Position numbers and translations under genes: made by a program. The notes beneath the pieces are model-generated. The model searched no databases and was not told the origin of the DNA. It saw nothing but the letters and a program-made list of their open reading frames with translations. Of a DNA stretch of 64,000 nt, positions 13,689 through 25,693 are shown piece after piece (positions within the stretch are counted from its first letter, which is position 1; every line of letters begins with the position of its first letter). The DNA lies in NCBI GenBank assembly GCA_018398765.1, contig JAHBMJ010000344.1:1-64000 (forward strand), read 5' to 3'. This DNA comes from Chromera velia (taxonomy: Eukaryota).

Positions 13689-15531
13689 TACATATATATA
13701 CACATATCACAAATATGTATGTATATATACATATATATACACACACATACATGCAAGACAGAGAGAGACTTGAAGGAGCGAGGAGGGAAGCATCTGCCGA
13801 CCGACCGACCGACCCACCGAAGATCATCCACACCGTGAGCAAAACGACACGAATCCTCCATGGGACCTGCAGTCAGCCAATCAGTCAATCAGTCAGGCAG
13901 GCAGGCAGGCAGGAAGGCAGGCGGACGGGCAGAGAGACAGAGAGAGAGCAGGGAGAGAAAAGAAGGAAACGTCAAAGGGAAAAAGCAGGCGAAGACGAGG
14001 CCACAGATGTCTTTATGGCGGAATGCAAAAGAAAGAAGACGAAGAGACGCAGTGCAAACAGCCCCCACAAAAAGAAGGCCAACCACAGACTGTGCCGAAT
14101 CCATTCCACAAAGCACTCCCATTCAGGTGCCAACACTGTCTTTCTCTCATAGAGCCGCAAGTTGGCCACAACACGCACCATCTTTTGAAACACGACACTC
14201 CTACTTTTGTTTGACAGACAGACAGACAATATGGTTTCTTTCCCTCCTTTTCTTCAGACAGACAGACAGATCGACAGGAGAAACGTGACCAAAAAAAGAA
14301 ACCATTGCTCAGGGCGCCAACGCGTCGTTCCCTTCCCTTCCCACTCAATTCAGATCTTTCCTTTCCTTCCCGCTCAATTCAGATCGTTCCTTTCCTTCCC
14401 GCTCAATTCAGATCGTTCCTTTCCTTTCCCTTCCTTTTCGCTTCCTGCATGTCATGTCGCGGTCGGGCTCTTCGAACAGAGAAAGCGAGCCCTCCACCCC
14501 GGAGAAGGCAAAAGAACAACTGCCCGTGGATTGACTCGTTGAAACTTTGAGGGAAAGATCCGCGGCTGTCAGAAAGATAATGAAGTGATAGAGAGAGAGA
14601 GGAACGCGGAGCCACAAAGAGACATACGACTGTCTCTCTCTCTCTCTCACACACACACAGAGGAAGAAAAAGGACAGTGCCCAGGCAGGGCTGGTGCCTG
14701 ACTGACAGTATCCAGTCGAAAAGTGCTTGCATCTGCACAACCATGCAGGAGGGAAAGAGGGAGGGAAGGGAAGATCTACACATCATCATTATCATCATTC
14801 TCGGCACACACGTGACTGGAGTTGGTGTAACAAAATAAGGTGATTCTTTAGTTTTCAACCGGTTGCTTCGGACTGCTCTGATGAGTGAAAGAGCCCGAGC
14901 GTCGGGGGTTGGGTGAGTTTGAGTGAGAAAGAGGCTTCTTCCACGGCAGCCTCTGGGCGGTAGAGGGGTGCTCGGTTGGCGCCAGAGAGACGAGAGAAAT
15001 CCTTAGGAGAAGAGGAGAAAAGGAGAGGAGAGAGAAAGACGGAGAAAGACAAGGGAAGGGAAGGGAGGAGCAGAAAAAACAGAGGAGAGCAGAGAAGAGA
15101 AGCACAGACAAGCTATGGGCAGAGAGAGCAGGAAGGACAGAAGGCGGCCTGACAGTTGCGTTTTGTAAAGGGCTTCTCGCCTGCAGGCACAGGAGCACAA
15201 GAGCAGACAGACAGGCACACGCAGACATACAAGAGAAAATGACAGACAGGTCACAAGGATAGAGGAAGAAGAAGGGGATGAGACAGGACAAAGAGGACAG
15301 CGTATTCGGGAAGAAGGATCTGCCCTTTTGTAACAGGCAGACAGGATCGAGAGCTAAGGCACGGGCTCTTTTATTTAGCAGACAGGGTCTCACTTCTTTC
15401 CTGCGGCACCCATGCAGATGCACCACGCGACGAAGACTCAACATGCAGACGGAGAGACCAACACGGGACATGCAGACGGACCATTGAAAGTTCAGTTGAT
15501 CTGTTGGTCGATCGTCGTCGCCTTCCGACAT
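9854..15531 (-). CDS. Tandem CCCH zinc-finger RNA-binding protein (TIS11/ZFP36-like fingers) with a long G/R/P/D/Y-rich low-complexity tail, about 515 aa
   Basis: Phase-consistent GT-AG exons: 15531-15482, 15180-15154, 14732-14707, 13866-13818, 13430-13382, 12930-12615, 11786-11736, 11419-11067, 10480-9854. The spliced product has YKTQLCKHFSTGYCPMEDSCRFAHG and RTSLCYSVLRGFACARGNDCTYAHT, followed by RGG/RDY/PPP repeats. Confidence 0.9.
14338..14428 (+). repeat. 29-bp tandem repeat, 3 copies, intronic
   Basis: CTCAATTCAGATC recurs at 14344, 14373 and 14402. Confidence 0.85.
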
Positions 15532-15873
15532 TGTTTCTTTCTTACGGGACTCGGGTGTCTTCTACTCAAGTCCGGTATCGATCTTAAAAGAAGGGAGGGG
15601 CAGCTGGTCTGCTCGAACTTGCAAGGCAGTATAGTGTTGACGTACGTCTTGCAGCAATTAAGGGAAATTAGAACATGCAGTTACCGTACAAGTGTTGTGG
15701 TTATCAAAAATAGACGTGCCGTGGAAAAGGCAAGAAAACCAACCGACATGGAAGCCTAACCACGTTAGGACGCGATCGATATAAGTGCAGATGAATCGGA
15801 ATTAAGAACAAGGAGGATAAGTCATGATAATGAAGTCCGGCTCACGCTCGCGCCACGACCAGCACACACGTCA

Positions 15874-15940
15874 CATGGCCCCGGAAAGCGAAGCGGGGGG
15901 CACTTACCAAACTTTCCCCATGCATGCAGAGCCCACGAGC
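15874..15940 (+). promoter_or_regulatory. GC-rich motif shared with 49051-49138; candidate promoter element or repeat remnant
   Basis: CATGGCCCCGGAAAGCGAAGCGGGGG, GCACTTAC and CAGAGCCCACGAGC occur at both loci. This copy lies about 340 bp upstream of the CCCH gene ATG. Confidence 0.4.
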
Positions 15941-16055
15941 TTTGGTAAAAAAAAAAAAGCCCCGGAAAGCTCCGCTCCTCGTTGGCTCAGAAAAGCGTCA
16001 AAAATTAACCACCTACCCTCGTTTGATCCGCCATCACTTTCTGCCACTTTCTACC

Positions 16056-17169
16056 CTAGGGTATGACACCTAAAAAAAAAAAAAAATATAATTTAATTAT
16101 AAACCCTAGGGGTATGTGTCACTCTGATTAGCTCTAACTCTAAAAAGTGGTTTTTTAAGGTTTTTAGGATGAGTTGACCTTATTTCTACGATAACACAAC
16201 TTTTCAAATTAAATCTTATGACCTTTTATATATAGGAAAGTCAATTCGCTCTCTGAGGTTCATAAACGCTCATGACGTCGGTTTGCAAACCTAATCCCCC
16301 AACCTGACCAATTTTTTGAAACCTGTCTAAACCAGTCTAAACCTGTCTAAACCTGGTTTCAAATGGCTTTTGCATGAATATAGAGAAGATGCAAAGCAAA
16401 CACAACCTAGCATTTTACCATGAAATATCAGACAAACCGATCATTCAACGAATGTAGGATAAAGTCAAGAACACAAAAGCTGCCTTCATTCTTTTACACT
16501 TCAACAGACTTATCCAGAGGTGCAATTTCCTTTTCAAACGCCTGGTTAACTTGCTTCAATTCTCTATCTTCAATTTGTATTAAGCCGCCATCAATGTTTA
16601 GTGCAGTGGGTTTCCAAATTCCTCAATCATGTGTCTGGTTTCCATGGAGAGGCGATCAAGCAAACAAAGATCATGCCGGGAAAGAAGAGAGGGGAAAAGG
16701 GGGGGGGAGGGGTAGGATAAGGAGAATGCAGCGGCTGCTGTGAATCGCTGTAAATGCTGATGCGAGCGAGGCTATATTCCCTTCCTGAAACGCTCATACA
16801 CAGAGTGTCACAGACATGGTCCTGTCGGCAAAAACATATATTAAAATGTGCTTTTAACAGATTATTCACATACAGATTTCAGAAGTTTGACCAGGTTTGG
16901 ACGGGTTTGAAGAGGTTTAGAAGGTTTAAGTCTGGTACGACCATGGTTTCCAAACCAATTCTAAACTTGATGTAGCAAATGGGTTTTAAACTTATCTAAA
17001 CCTATCCTAACCTACCCTAACCTTAGCTACTTGACCCTATTTTAGCGTTTTTAAAGCTTTTCTAGCAAATTGAGCTCCAAAAATCTCTTTTAAAACATCA
17101 AAAATTTAAGTTTTTATTGAAAAACCTAACTTCAAACCTAGGGTACCCTCATAAAGTGTCAGACCCTAG
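16056..17169. mobile_element. Non-autonomous TIR DNA transposon (hAT-like), 1114 bp
   Basis: 14-bp TIR CTAGGGTATGACAC / GTGTCAGACCCTAG (13/14 match). 8-bp flanks TTTCTACC and TTTCTGCC (7/8). Internal inverted arrays of an 11-bp unit (AAACCTGTCTA at about 16319-16363, reverse copy at about 16886-16929). AT-rich, no transposase ORF. Confidence 0.65.
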
Positions 17170-19225
17170 TTTCTGCCAGTGCGTCGAAAGTAGGCAGGCG
17201 GTTTTAGCATGGTTTTATAGTCAGTACTGCCAGACAATACGTGTCGCACTCTTCCAGTATACGTGTCAAGGAAGAAGGAAGAGGGATCGTCTGGTCATTG
17301 TTCTTTTGAAAAACTTTGAGACGTCGTTGAGTTGCCCTCTTTCGGGACTGCCGTCTCCGCCGGCCATCGATGATCGATCTCCATCCCTCTCCTCTCGATT
17401 CGCTCCAAGACATTCAACATTGTCAGCTGCACATCAACATCGGGTGAGATGTCGAAGCAATGCACAGCTGTCTGCGACTGTTTGTGTGTCTTCATAGATT
17501 CTTGGAAAGTCGTTAAGCGCTTGAGCTGTTCCCGCTCTGTGTTTGCAGCATTCAGTGTCGACTGGGACTGAAGGCGTACATATAGCTGTCCTTGAATGTC
17601 CTGCATATGCGTGGGGCTGGTATTTCTGTCTGTTTCTTTTCTGCCTCTGTCTATTCAGTTTGTTGATGCATGCCCGTCTCCGTCAGGAATTAACGTCTCT
17701 TCGTGAAAAAATGCGGACTGCGTCTTCTCCTGGCCTGGATTGGACCGGTCACAATCAGTCATGCTCACAATTTTTGCTGAAAAGACTCTCCTCGCTCACT
17801 TACTCACTCGCTCACGCACTCTCTTCCTCAATCCCTTCCTCCATCGCTTCATCCTTGCCTTCCTCCCCCGACTTACTGACTCACTCACTTCTTCGCTCAT
17901 CCACTCACCCCCTCACTCTTTTCCGCCGACCCTCCCTACCTGCCTCCTTCCCTACCTGCTTTCATCCCAGCTTCCTTCGGAATCCCTCCCTCCCTCTGCT
18001 CTTTCGCTCACTCGTTCAGTCGCTCACTCACTCATTCACTCACTCACTCAGTCACTTACACACCAACCCGCTTGCTCACTCACACAGACACCAAGCGACA
18101 TCCACTTACTCAATGCCTCTTTCACTAGCTGACTCGCTTGCTGACAGACTTCCTCGCTCTTTCTTTCTTGCTTAATGTCTTTCGTTCTCTCTTTTTTCTT
18201 TCCTCCCTTTTTTTATTCTTTGTGCTTTCCTCCTTCCGTCCTTCTTTCCTCTCTTCTTTGTTTCTGCACTTTCTTTCTTCCCTTCTTCCTGTCTTCGATC
18301 CCTGTTTTATTTCTTCATTCTTCCACTTTCCGCCTACCTCCTCTCTTTCTGCATGTTTTTCCGCTATTTCTTTTTTCCGTCCTTTCTCCAGTTTTTGTTT
18401 GCTTGCTCGTTTGCTTGGTACTTGTTTATCTACCTGCTTCTTTCCTACTGAGACTTTCTTTCCTTGATTCCTTCTTTCCTCCCTGCTTTATTCCTTCCGG
18501 TTCCTAACCTTCCTCCCTCTTTCCCTCCCTCCGTTCGTCTCTTCCATCTTCATCCCGTCCCCCCTTTCCTCCTTTCTTCCTTCCTTCCTTCCTTCCTTCC
18601 TCGGAAGTTCATCCCTCCCTTCCTCTCCATCACCCTCCCTACCTCCCTGCCAGGACCTGCCTCCGTCGCGCCCCCTCCTTCCTCGCTCCCTTGCTTGCTT
18701 CATGCTTCCTTCCCTGCTTCCTAGCCTTCCTCCCTCATGAGTCATGATCTAGCCCATGATGATAGGTCTCAAACTAGGTCTCAAATTCCATCCCTCTGTC
18801 TCTCCTTATTTTTCTCCCACTTTTTTGCAAAGATGTTGCAAAGTGGGGCTTGAAGCGGCACCTACTGTCGCAGTCGGTGGCAGCTTATCCTAGAGCTTAT
18901 CACGCTTTGATTAATTAGCCCTGAAGTCGCATGAAGAACGTTCAATAATCTTCAATTGAGGCTACAGGAAATTCATGAAAAAATTAAGTGAATGCTAGAG
19001 TGAATGATGGGTTAAAAACTCAAAGTTAAATAAACCATCGTCAAAAAAAAAATAAAATAAAAAAAATCATGATAAAAGAAGGATTATTCGAGATACTGTT
19101 CGACCACTGTGACATTTTATATTAAAATGATATTAAAAGAAAATCAATTCTCTTATCAGATGTAGAAATATTTTTAAACATGCATAGCATAGCATTATGA
19201 AAAATTTAACCCATACAGAAGTATT

Positions 19226-19228
<3 letters not shown>

Positions 19229-19259
<31 letters not shown>

Positions 19260-19287
19260 ATTAGGATCTAGATTAGGATTAGGATTA
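19229..19287 (+). repeat. (TA)n microsatellite followed by (GGATTA)n-like hexamers
   Basis: Directly visible. Confidence 0.85.
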
Positions 19288-19957
19288 ATGTCCGGAGGAT
19301 TGGCTTCCCGCCCCAATGCCGAATGTCCGACGTGCGGCTTCCAGGGAAAGCGCCTAGACACATCAGACCTCCCTGGCCGGCCCGCACAGGTCTAGCCTGT
19401 GTCGCGAACGGATCACATTAAACAGTCAATCACCTGTGTGTGTATGTGAGAGGGCTCACTCCATTCCAAAGCAGGGTTTGAAAGGGAACGATCTCAGAAT
19501 TGCAGATGAATGGCTCGAAGCGAGTTCCATTCATTCATTTATTCATTCCAAAACCTCCCAATATCCCATCCTCCTCCTTTTTCCCCCCTCTTTTGCTTCC
19601 TTTGTATCGCTCCACACTCTTTCATACTCTTTAATTCTTCCCTCTCTTTCTTTCTTATTTTTCTAAGTCTCCTGATGCAACTTATCTAACTCTCTTCCTA
19701 AAGCTTGACGAGTCTACAAAAAGCCTTTCTAAGCCTCACTAAAGTTTATACTTGTATAAAAAACAAGTTGTCGGTGGCTTTTGTCAAGCGTCAAAATGTC
19801 TGGGCAGCTTCTGCCATTATATATCATTAATTCAAATCTGAGTGAATCAGAATGTTCATCATGCGCCTGGGGTGAAACCACCATGACTCTGAAAAACAAA
19901 ACAGGGGACACTAAATTATGAAACAACTAGACCAAACAATTCTTGCGACCATGAGCA

Positions 19958-20204
19958 TACCTTTCTGCAGCTTTAACCATGCAGCCATATAGTGTGCATC
20001 TAGTACGTACGAGTAGCGTGTGTCAAGCAATTGTCATTTTTCTTGCTTTCTGGGGCCGTTTGCAAGCTTGTTTGCATCAGATGCATGAGTGCACCATAGT
20101 GTACCTTTCTGCGTAGCTTCAATCAGCTATATAGCGTGCGTCAACCAGTTGTAATTTTTCTTACTTTTCGGGGCCGTTAATTCGCAAGCTTGCTTGCGTC
20201 AGAT
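19958..20204 (+). repeat. Diverged tandem duplication of about 110-140 bp
   Basis: Two copies of TACCTTTCTGC...TTTTTCTT..GGGGCCGTT..GCAAGCTTG.TTGC.TCAGAT, at about 19958-20082 and 20102-20204. Confidence 0.7.
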
Positions 20205-20648
20205 AATTTAATGATTGAGGGTTTTTTCATGCATGCCGCATCCCCATATATGAGAGGCGGATCTAACCTAGTTTGTCGATTTGTTCCATCCTACGACTAC
20301 CAGCGACAAAAATAGGCGTGACTTCGATCACCCTGATACAGCTGATCAATCGTGGCCTCACAATAGGTCGGATAATCAAAAGAGAGAGAAAAGAAACAGA
20401 GAGGATGCAGGGTAGAACCTTCGAAACACTTCAGTTCTTTCATTGAAAAAAAGCTACCCTTTTAATTAGAAAGACTTTAATTGTGCAGAGGTGCATCCCA
20501 TACGTCTTCCATCCCTTCAAAGAACTCCTGCTTTAAACACCCCATCAAAACTCTTTCTTTAAACTCAGTTCCCAAAACTTTTCTTATTCATTTGCTTGCG
20601 CTTTTACCCATCCCTCTTCTGTCTTCTCGCATTGCCAAAGAAATTCTT

Positions 20649-21269
20649 TCAGTTTGCGCCCTCCCGGTCAAAAGACCCGGAGAACGCGGCCACTTCCCTC
20701 CTGAGCAGACCCTCCGAGTCGGGCTGGAAGGGGCCCCTTGTGCCCCTCCTGCTATGGATGGAGGACAGAAGGTTTGCTGCGACAAAACGCTGCAGAGTGC
20801 AGGACAAGAGCTTGTAGTAGCGGTCCATCAACCTTGCTTGGACTGCTTCGTCTCCCTCCCCACCCCTCACCCTCCCTACCCCCAACTTTGCCACTTCCTT
20901 CAAAAACCTTACTACTCCCTTCCCTGGTCTTCCATAAGTTTCAAAAACAAGCGGCACAAAACGGAAACCGATTTTGTGGTAGATCTCCCCGTACCTGTCA
21001 TTCTTCACTTTCTTCATTCCCCTCGCTGCTGACCCTGCTGTTTTTGCAAATCGGCGCAGGCAGTTAGCATCGATGGAAAATAGATGGGTGACAGCAACGT
21101 CGGCGAGCACTGTGTCTCCAGATGGGAGCCCCGCGAGAAAATCGGGGCGTTTCTGTCTCTCTTCGACCAGACGGGTTACGGTAGACAGCCCAAGCTGCCC
21201 GAACGTAGGCTCTCTTGTCACGTAGCAGTGACGGAGGCCTTGAAGGAGGGAGCAAAAGGCGTCCTTCAT
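20649..21269 (-). pseudogene. Restriction-like endonuclease domain of the CRE-like element
   Basis: RPDFLAGLPSGDTVLADVAVTH...KVKNDRY...FVPLVFETYG matches the PD-(D/E)xK RLE pattern of early-branching LINEs. Confidence 0.8.
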
Positions 21270-21638
21270 TTGTCCATACCACCATCATACCCCCCCCCCT
21301 GTCCCACAGGTCTGTGCATGTTGTCCCTCCACGTCCAGCGGGGCTCCACACGCACAGATAGGGTTTCTTCTGATCTCTGAAATGGACAAGCCAACTCGGA
21401 GGCGAAGACGGATGGCTGTGGTAAAAAGGGTTAGAGAAATATGAGTCCAACCTGAAGACGGTATGGCTGTCAGCCAAGCGGAGGCGCCTGTGCCTGCACA
21501 GGATCACAGACGGGCCTTCCCTTTGGCTGCCAAAGTGGCTAAGAGCTTTTCCCTCTGAACTAGGTGCAGCGCTTCCATTATGAGGTGCTGCACCTCCCGT
21601 CTCTCCTACAACAACCAATCTTCCATTCTCTCCCCCCA

Positions 21639-22961
21639 CTAAAGTTCTAGAACTCGAGGAACCTTTCCAAGTTCCCGTTCGGTCCCCCCTCTACAATCAG
21701 TGTAAGCTTGCTCTGCCCTCTTTACCCAAAACAGACCTGCAAAGTCTGCCTTTGTTGGTGTTCCGAAACCCTGCTCTGTCAATCGGCTCCTCACTGCTGC
21801 AAAGGTGTATGCCGCGCAGCCTGCTAAGGCCGCTGGCGTGATAAAACGGAAGAAAGAGATCCTGAGTCCCCCCTGACACAACGGGAGATGCGCCTGGCTC
21901 TGCTTTTGGATCCATTCTTCTGGGTTGAGGCACATGCTGCGGGTGAAAGACTCCCCCAACTCCTTGTCTGCTCTTTCCCATACGTCTATGTGGAGTCTGT
22001 CCCCCATCACCCGCACCAAGTAGACGAGTTTGGAGAAGATGCAGTAACGAAACAGCAGGCTGCATCCCTTGGGAACTCCGTACCCCTCCACTCGCTTCCC
22101 CAGCTTTGTTGCTTCTGCTAGCTTCTTTTCGAACAAGCTGTTCACGAACGAGTCTTCACCCCCCCCTGCCCCCATCAACTTGTAGCCTTGTGTCGATACC
22201 TCTAGTCCTGGAGGGCGCTGTTGTGGGATCTCTCTCTCTGATTTCCCTCCCCAACTGGGAGAGAAAGCTGCGCTTTTATCCTTATCTAGATTGAGCGTCA
22301 GGCCATATTCTCCCAAAATTTCTATACAATCTGACCAGGTAGAGGTCAGACAATCAGTAGAGCTAGAAGGGAAAATGAGAGAGAGATCATCCATGTATGC
22401 ACCTATGAAACATCCCGCCCTCCCGTACTTCTCGTGCAGCCTCTTTTGCAACTTTTCTAAAGCAGATTTTAGGCCAAAACAAAAAAGAAGCAGCCCTGCA
22501 ACATCTCCCTGTTGTACCCCTTCTTGACTCATAAAAGTACGCAGTCTGCCTTTCTGGTTACGAAAGAAGATCGGGACTGGCGTACCATACCAGAGAGAAA
22601 AGAAATGAAACAGCTCAAAAAAATGCTTACGCAGCTCGTCCATCGCTTTCTGTCTATCGCAAGTGTTGAATGCATTGTTTGCATCTATCTGGAGGAGGAT
22701 GGAGTTAGGACAAAGCTGCAAACAAGTTTGGACTGCTCTAAAAAGTTTGTCTGTCCCTGCACTCGTTCTTACCGCATGATACTGCAATGCCCCAAGGTGT
22801 TCCTCAAACTTCTCCCCGTACTCGATCAGGATTGCCTTTGTAACACATTTTTGAAGCACGTCCCCGATCGTGATCGGTCTCACCTTGTCATCTTTTAGGA
22901 TGAGGGTAAAAGACCTCCTGCTTGCGAGCAAGCGAAGAAGGGACGGAGGGGCGTTGCCCAC
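21639..22961 (-). pseudogene. Reverse transcriptase domain of the CRE-like element
   Basis: 440-aa ORF with the YMDD catalytic motif plus QGD and DxxNAFN motifs. It is disconnected from the upstream and downstream domains. Confidence 0.9.
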
Positions 22962-23135
22962 TGTCAGTTGCTGAGCGACGGTGAAGAGGGCACACTGCCC
23001 TGCTATACCCCCCCCTCCCGATCCATCGCCTGGGAGAAAGAAATGAATGTGTTTATAACGTCACCCTGAAATTCCCTGGGCAGAGCCTCGGGCGGCAGAG
23101 CGGGCTGCTTGTAGGAGGGAATCGAGCGTAAGCTC

Positions 23136-24516
23136 TACGAGGAGGCACTTTGAAATATAGATGTGGTCGTCGAACGACTTTGCAGTAGCAATCTAAGCTC
23201 TAAAACATTTAAAACGAACTCCAAACTTATTTTATAAGCAAAAAAAGTTCTAAAAAACAAAAAAATGACACTTTTAGAGTATTGGTTAAAGGTTCTTACT
23301 CGGTTCAAGCTTAAAAACTATACGTCTCTACCTCTAGGTTCTTAGGTTCCTAGAACCTAGGTTCTAGCCTTCTTAGTCTGACCTTCCAAGAACCCTAAAA
23401 AACCTGTCCAAAACCAGTTATAAAACATTGAACACGATGAAAATATTCAAAAGTTTGTCCACCAATCCGACTAAAAAACGTTGGAAAAGGACTGTGAGAG
23501 GTTAGGTGAGAGGTAGAGGGATAAAGATGGTTCCAGATAGTAAACATCGAAAAAGGAAAAAGAAGGTTCCAAGATTTATTAAGACTCCAACAAGAAATCT
23601 ATTGTGTGAGGTTGGCTCTTCTTTAACTTAATTAAGCTTTGAAACCATTTTCTTGAATGATAATGGTGTCACTGTTTGATGCGTGACAGCCGCTCTTTGC
23701 TTTGATGTGCTTCATGAAAGTGTCAACCGTTACGTTGCTTTCCGTATGGGCTACACATTTCTGCCTTTTCTCTATAGAATGACAAGAAGAAAGCTTTTGA
23801 GCCCTCAGGGTTGCGAGCGATTGCACACGTCGAAGATGAAGAAAGGGACCTAGATAAACTGTACCGGATTGGCAGGGATTGCTGTACATACATATCCTAA
23901 GTCTGACGAGGCTTCGACCGACTTAGCCAACAAGCGTGCTTTCTCTCTCCTTTGGCAGTTAGGCTAAAACAGGAAGCCTGAAAAGATTCGCGTCGATAAC
24001 GTCCCACTTTCTTCTATGTTCTTTTATATTTAACATGCACATAAAATAAATGAAAGATGAAGAGCTTGCTTATCTTAAGTTGTAAATCTGTTTGAAGAGA
24101 AGAAAAAGCGAGTTGACAGCTGAGTTTTATGATTTTGACGGTCAATTTTGGCATATGTAAGCATCTGTCTTATTTGTTTAGATCATTTTAATCATCTAAA
24201 TTAGGTTTTTAGTCTTTCTGAAGCTTTAGGGGGGGAGTTTTTCATGGTTCTTACAGGTTTTTGTCTAGGTTCCTAGAACCTAGGTTCTAGCAGTTTCTCT
24301 AGAGAGTAAGAACTAAATGATGGAGATACCACTTTAATGCAACGTAGACTTGATTTTTCTTTGAAGAACCTTTAAAAATCTGAAAGAACCTTACACTAAC
24401 GAGTCTGGAAAAGGAAAAAACAGTGTTAGAACCTATTAGAACCTATGTTATATCATCTTCAATTACAGCATAAACATGCATGGTACTAGTGTTCTACCTA
24501 GGGGTGCTGCCCCGTA
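23136..24516. mobile_element. AT-rich non-autonomous DNA transposon nested in the retrotransposon, 1381 bp, 10-bp TSD (MULE-like TSD length)
   Basis: Perfect direct repeat GCGTAAGCTC at 23126-23135 and 24517-24526. Imperfect TIR TACGAGGAGGCAC / GTGCTGCCCCGTA (10/13). The palindrome CTAGAACCTAGGTTCTAG occurs near both ends (about 23350 and 24273). Retroelement coding sequence resumes on both sides. Confidence 0.85.
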
Positions 24517-25517
24517 GCGTAAGCTCGAGGCAGGGCGGGTCTGATGCGAAGGCTTTGGTCTCATATCGGATCCTACGCGGGGGATAGAGATCCTTCAGCT
24601 TGCGGAATGTTTTCATGTTTGGTAATGTTTGGGGTAGCGATTCCTAAGGAGTTTAGGTGGGAGACTGCTTTGGAGAGGGCCCCGTCTTTGATGAGGGTAT
24701 CCACGTGGCGGCGCATGCTGTTTTTGGCGGCCTGCTGTGACGGTTTCCTCCCTTTCCTCTTCTCTATCTGTTTCTCTCTCATCCTAACAATATCGGATCT
24801 CAAGGATAAAACTAAGACTTCAAATTCTCCCTTTCAAAAGGTTGATATTCGGCGTCTCCGTGCTGCAAGAGATGCATTCCCCCCTCTCCTGTCTACCCTC
24901 AGAAAGAGGGACAGAAAATAGAAGAGCGCTTTCCAAGCCCTCTCTGCTACTGCGAGGTCATCGCTCTGAATTCTCTGGGCGCACTCTTCCAGGATGGCAA
25001 GCAGTGTGGGGCGAAGGGTGGTATTGATATGTTTGTCCGTCGATATGTCAGATTAGATAATTTTGCTGCACGTGTCGACGTGGGGGGCCTCGGGGCTGCG
25101 TGGGGCGGCTGGGGGGGCGCGATCAGCTATAGGCCGGTCCGGCCGCCCGCGCGGTCATGCACTGAATGCATGCGGCCCGCGGCCGCCCCGCGGGAACCAT
25201 TGGCCTTTTTTCCGGCGCCCCCGGATGCACCAGCATTCGGTATTAGAATGTATTAGAAGCCGCTCTCACGATCTCTTACGCAGCAGAGAGAAAGATGAAT
25301 CTCACGAAAGGGAATACTTAAGAAGTGTTTGTTGCTGATGTGACAGTAGGGGTCTTGCACTTTGACAAAGTCGCACGTACAGAATTGCACAACGAAAAAT
25401 CGATCTCGGAGACGGACAGAGTTTTCCGTTGTCCTCGATCCTCCCGAGGCGATTAATTGTCCGTCACCTCCTTCTCTTCCCTTCATGAGAGTGGTCGGAA
25501 GAGGAGGGACAGATGGA

Positions 25518-25693
25518 GGCTCAGATGGTCAGTGCACCTGTGAATATGTAGGTATACATGTAGGCTCAGATGGTCAGTGCAGATATACATGTAGGCTCAG
25601 ATGGTCAGTGCACCTGTGAATATTGATATACATACATGTAGGCTCAGATGGTCAGTGCACAGATGGTGAATATTGATATATATACATGTAGGC
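25518..25693 (+). repeat. Irregular tandem repeat, about 4.5 copies
   Basis: Unit core ATACATGTAGGCTCAGATGGTCAGTGCA. Confidence 0.85.

Larger units (their letters stand above)
20480..25030 (-). mobile_element. Degenerate non-LTR retrotransposon, CRE-like (RT plus C-terminal restriction-like endonuclease); ends approximate
   Basis: Pre-RT segment LIKDGALSKAVSHLNSLGIA (about 24640-24700). RT motifs RPITIG, IDANNAFN, GVQQGD and AYMDDL (21639-22961). Zinc knuckle CACGAPLDVEGQHAQTC (about 21305-21357). RLE motifs RPDF..DVAVTH..K..RY..FVPLVFETYG (20649-21269). Broken by frameshifts, stops and an insertion. Confidence 0.9.

Noticed and set aside
16980..17030. Telomere-like CCTAA repeats
   Set aside because: Short, degenerate and internal to a TIR element; not a telomeric array.
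17295..17606. ORF with LERIERR resembling LRRIEKK in ORF 41443-41733
   Set aside because: The similarity is too short and there is no supported gene structure.
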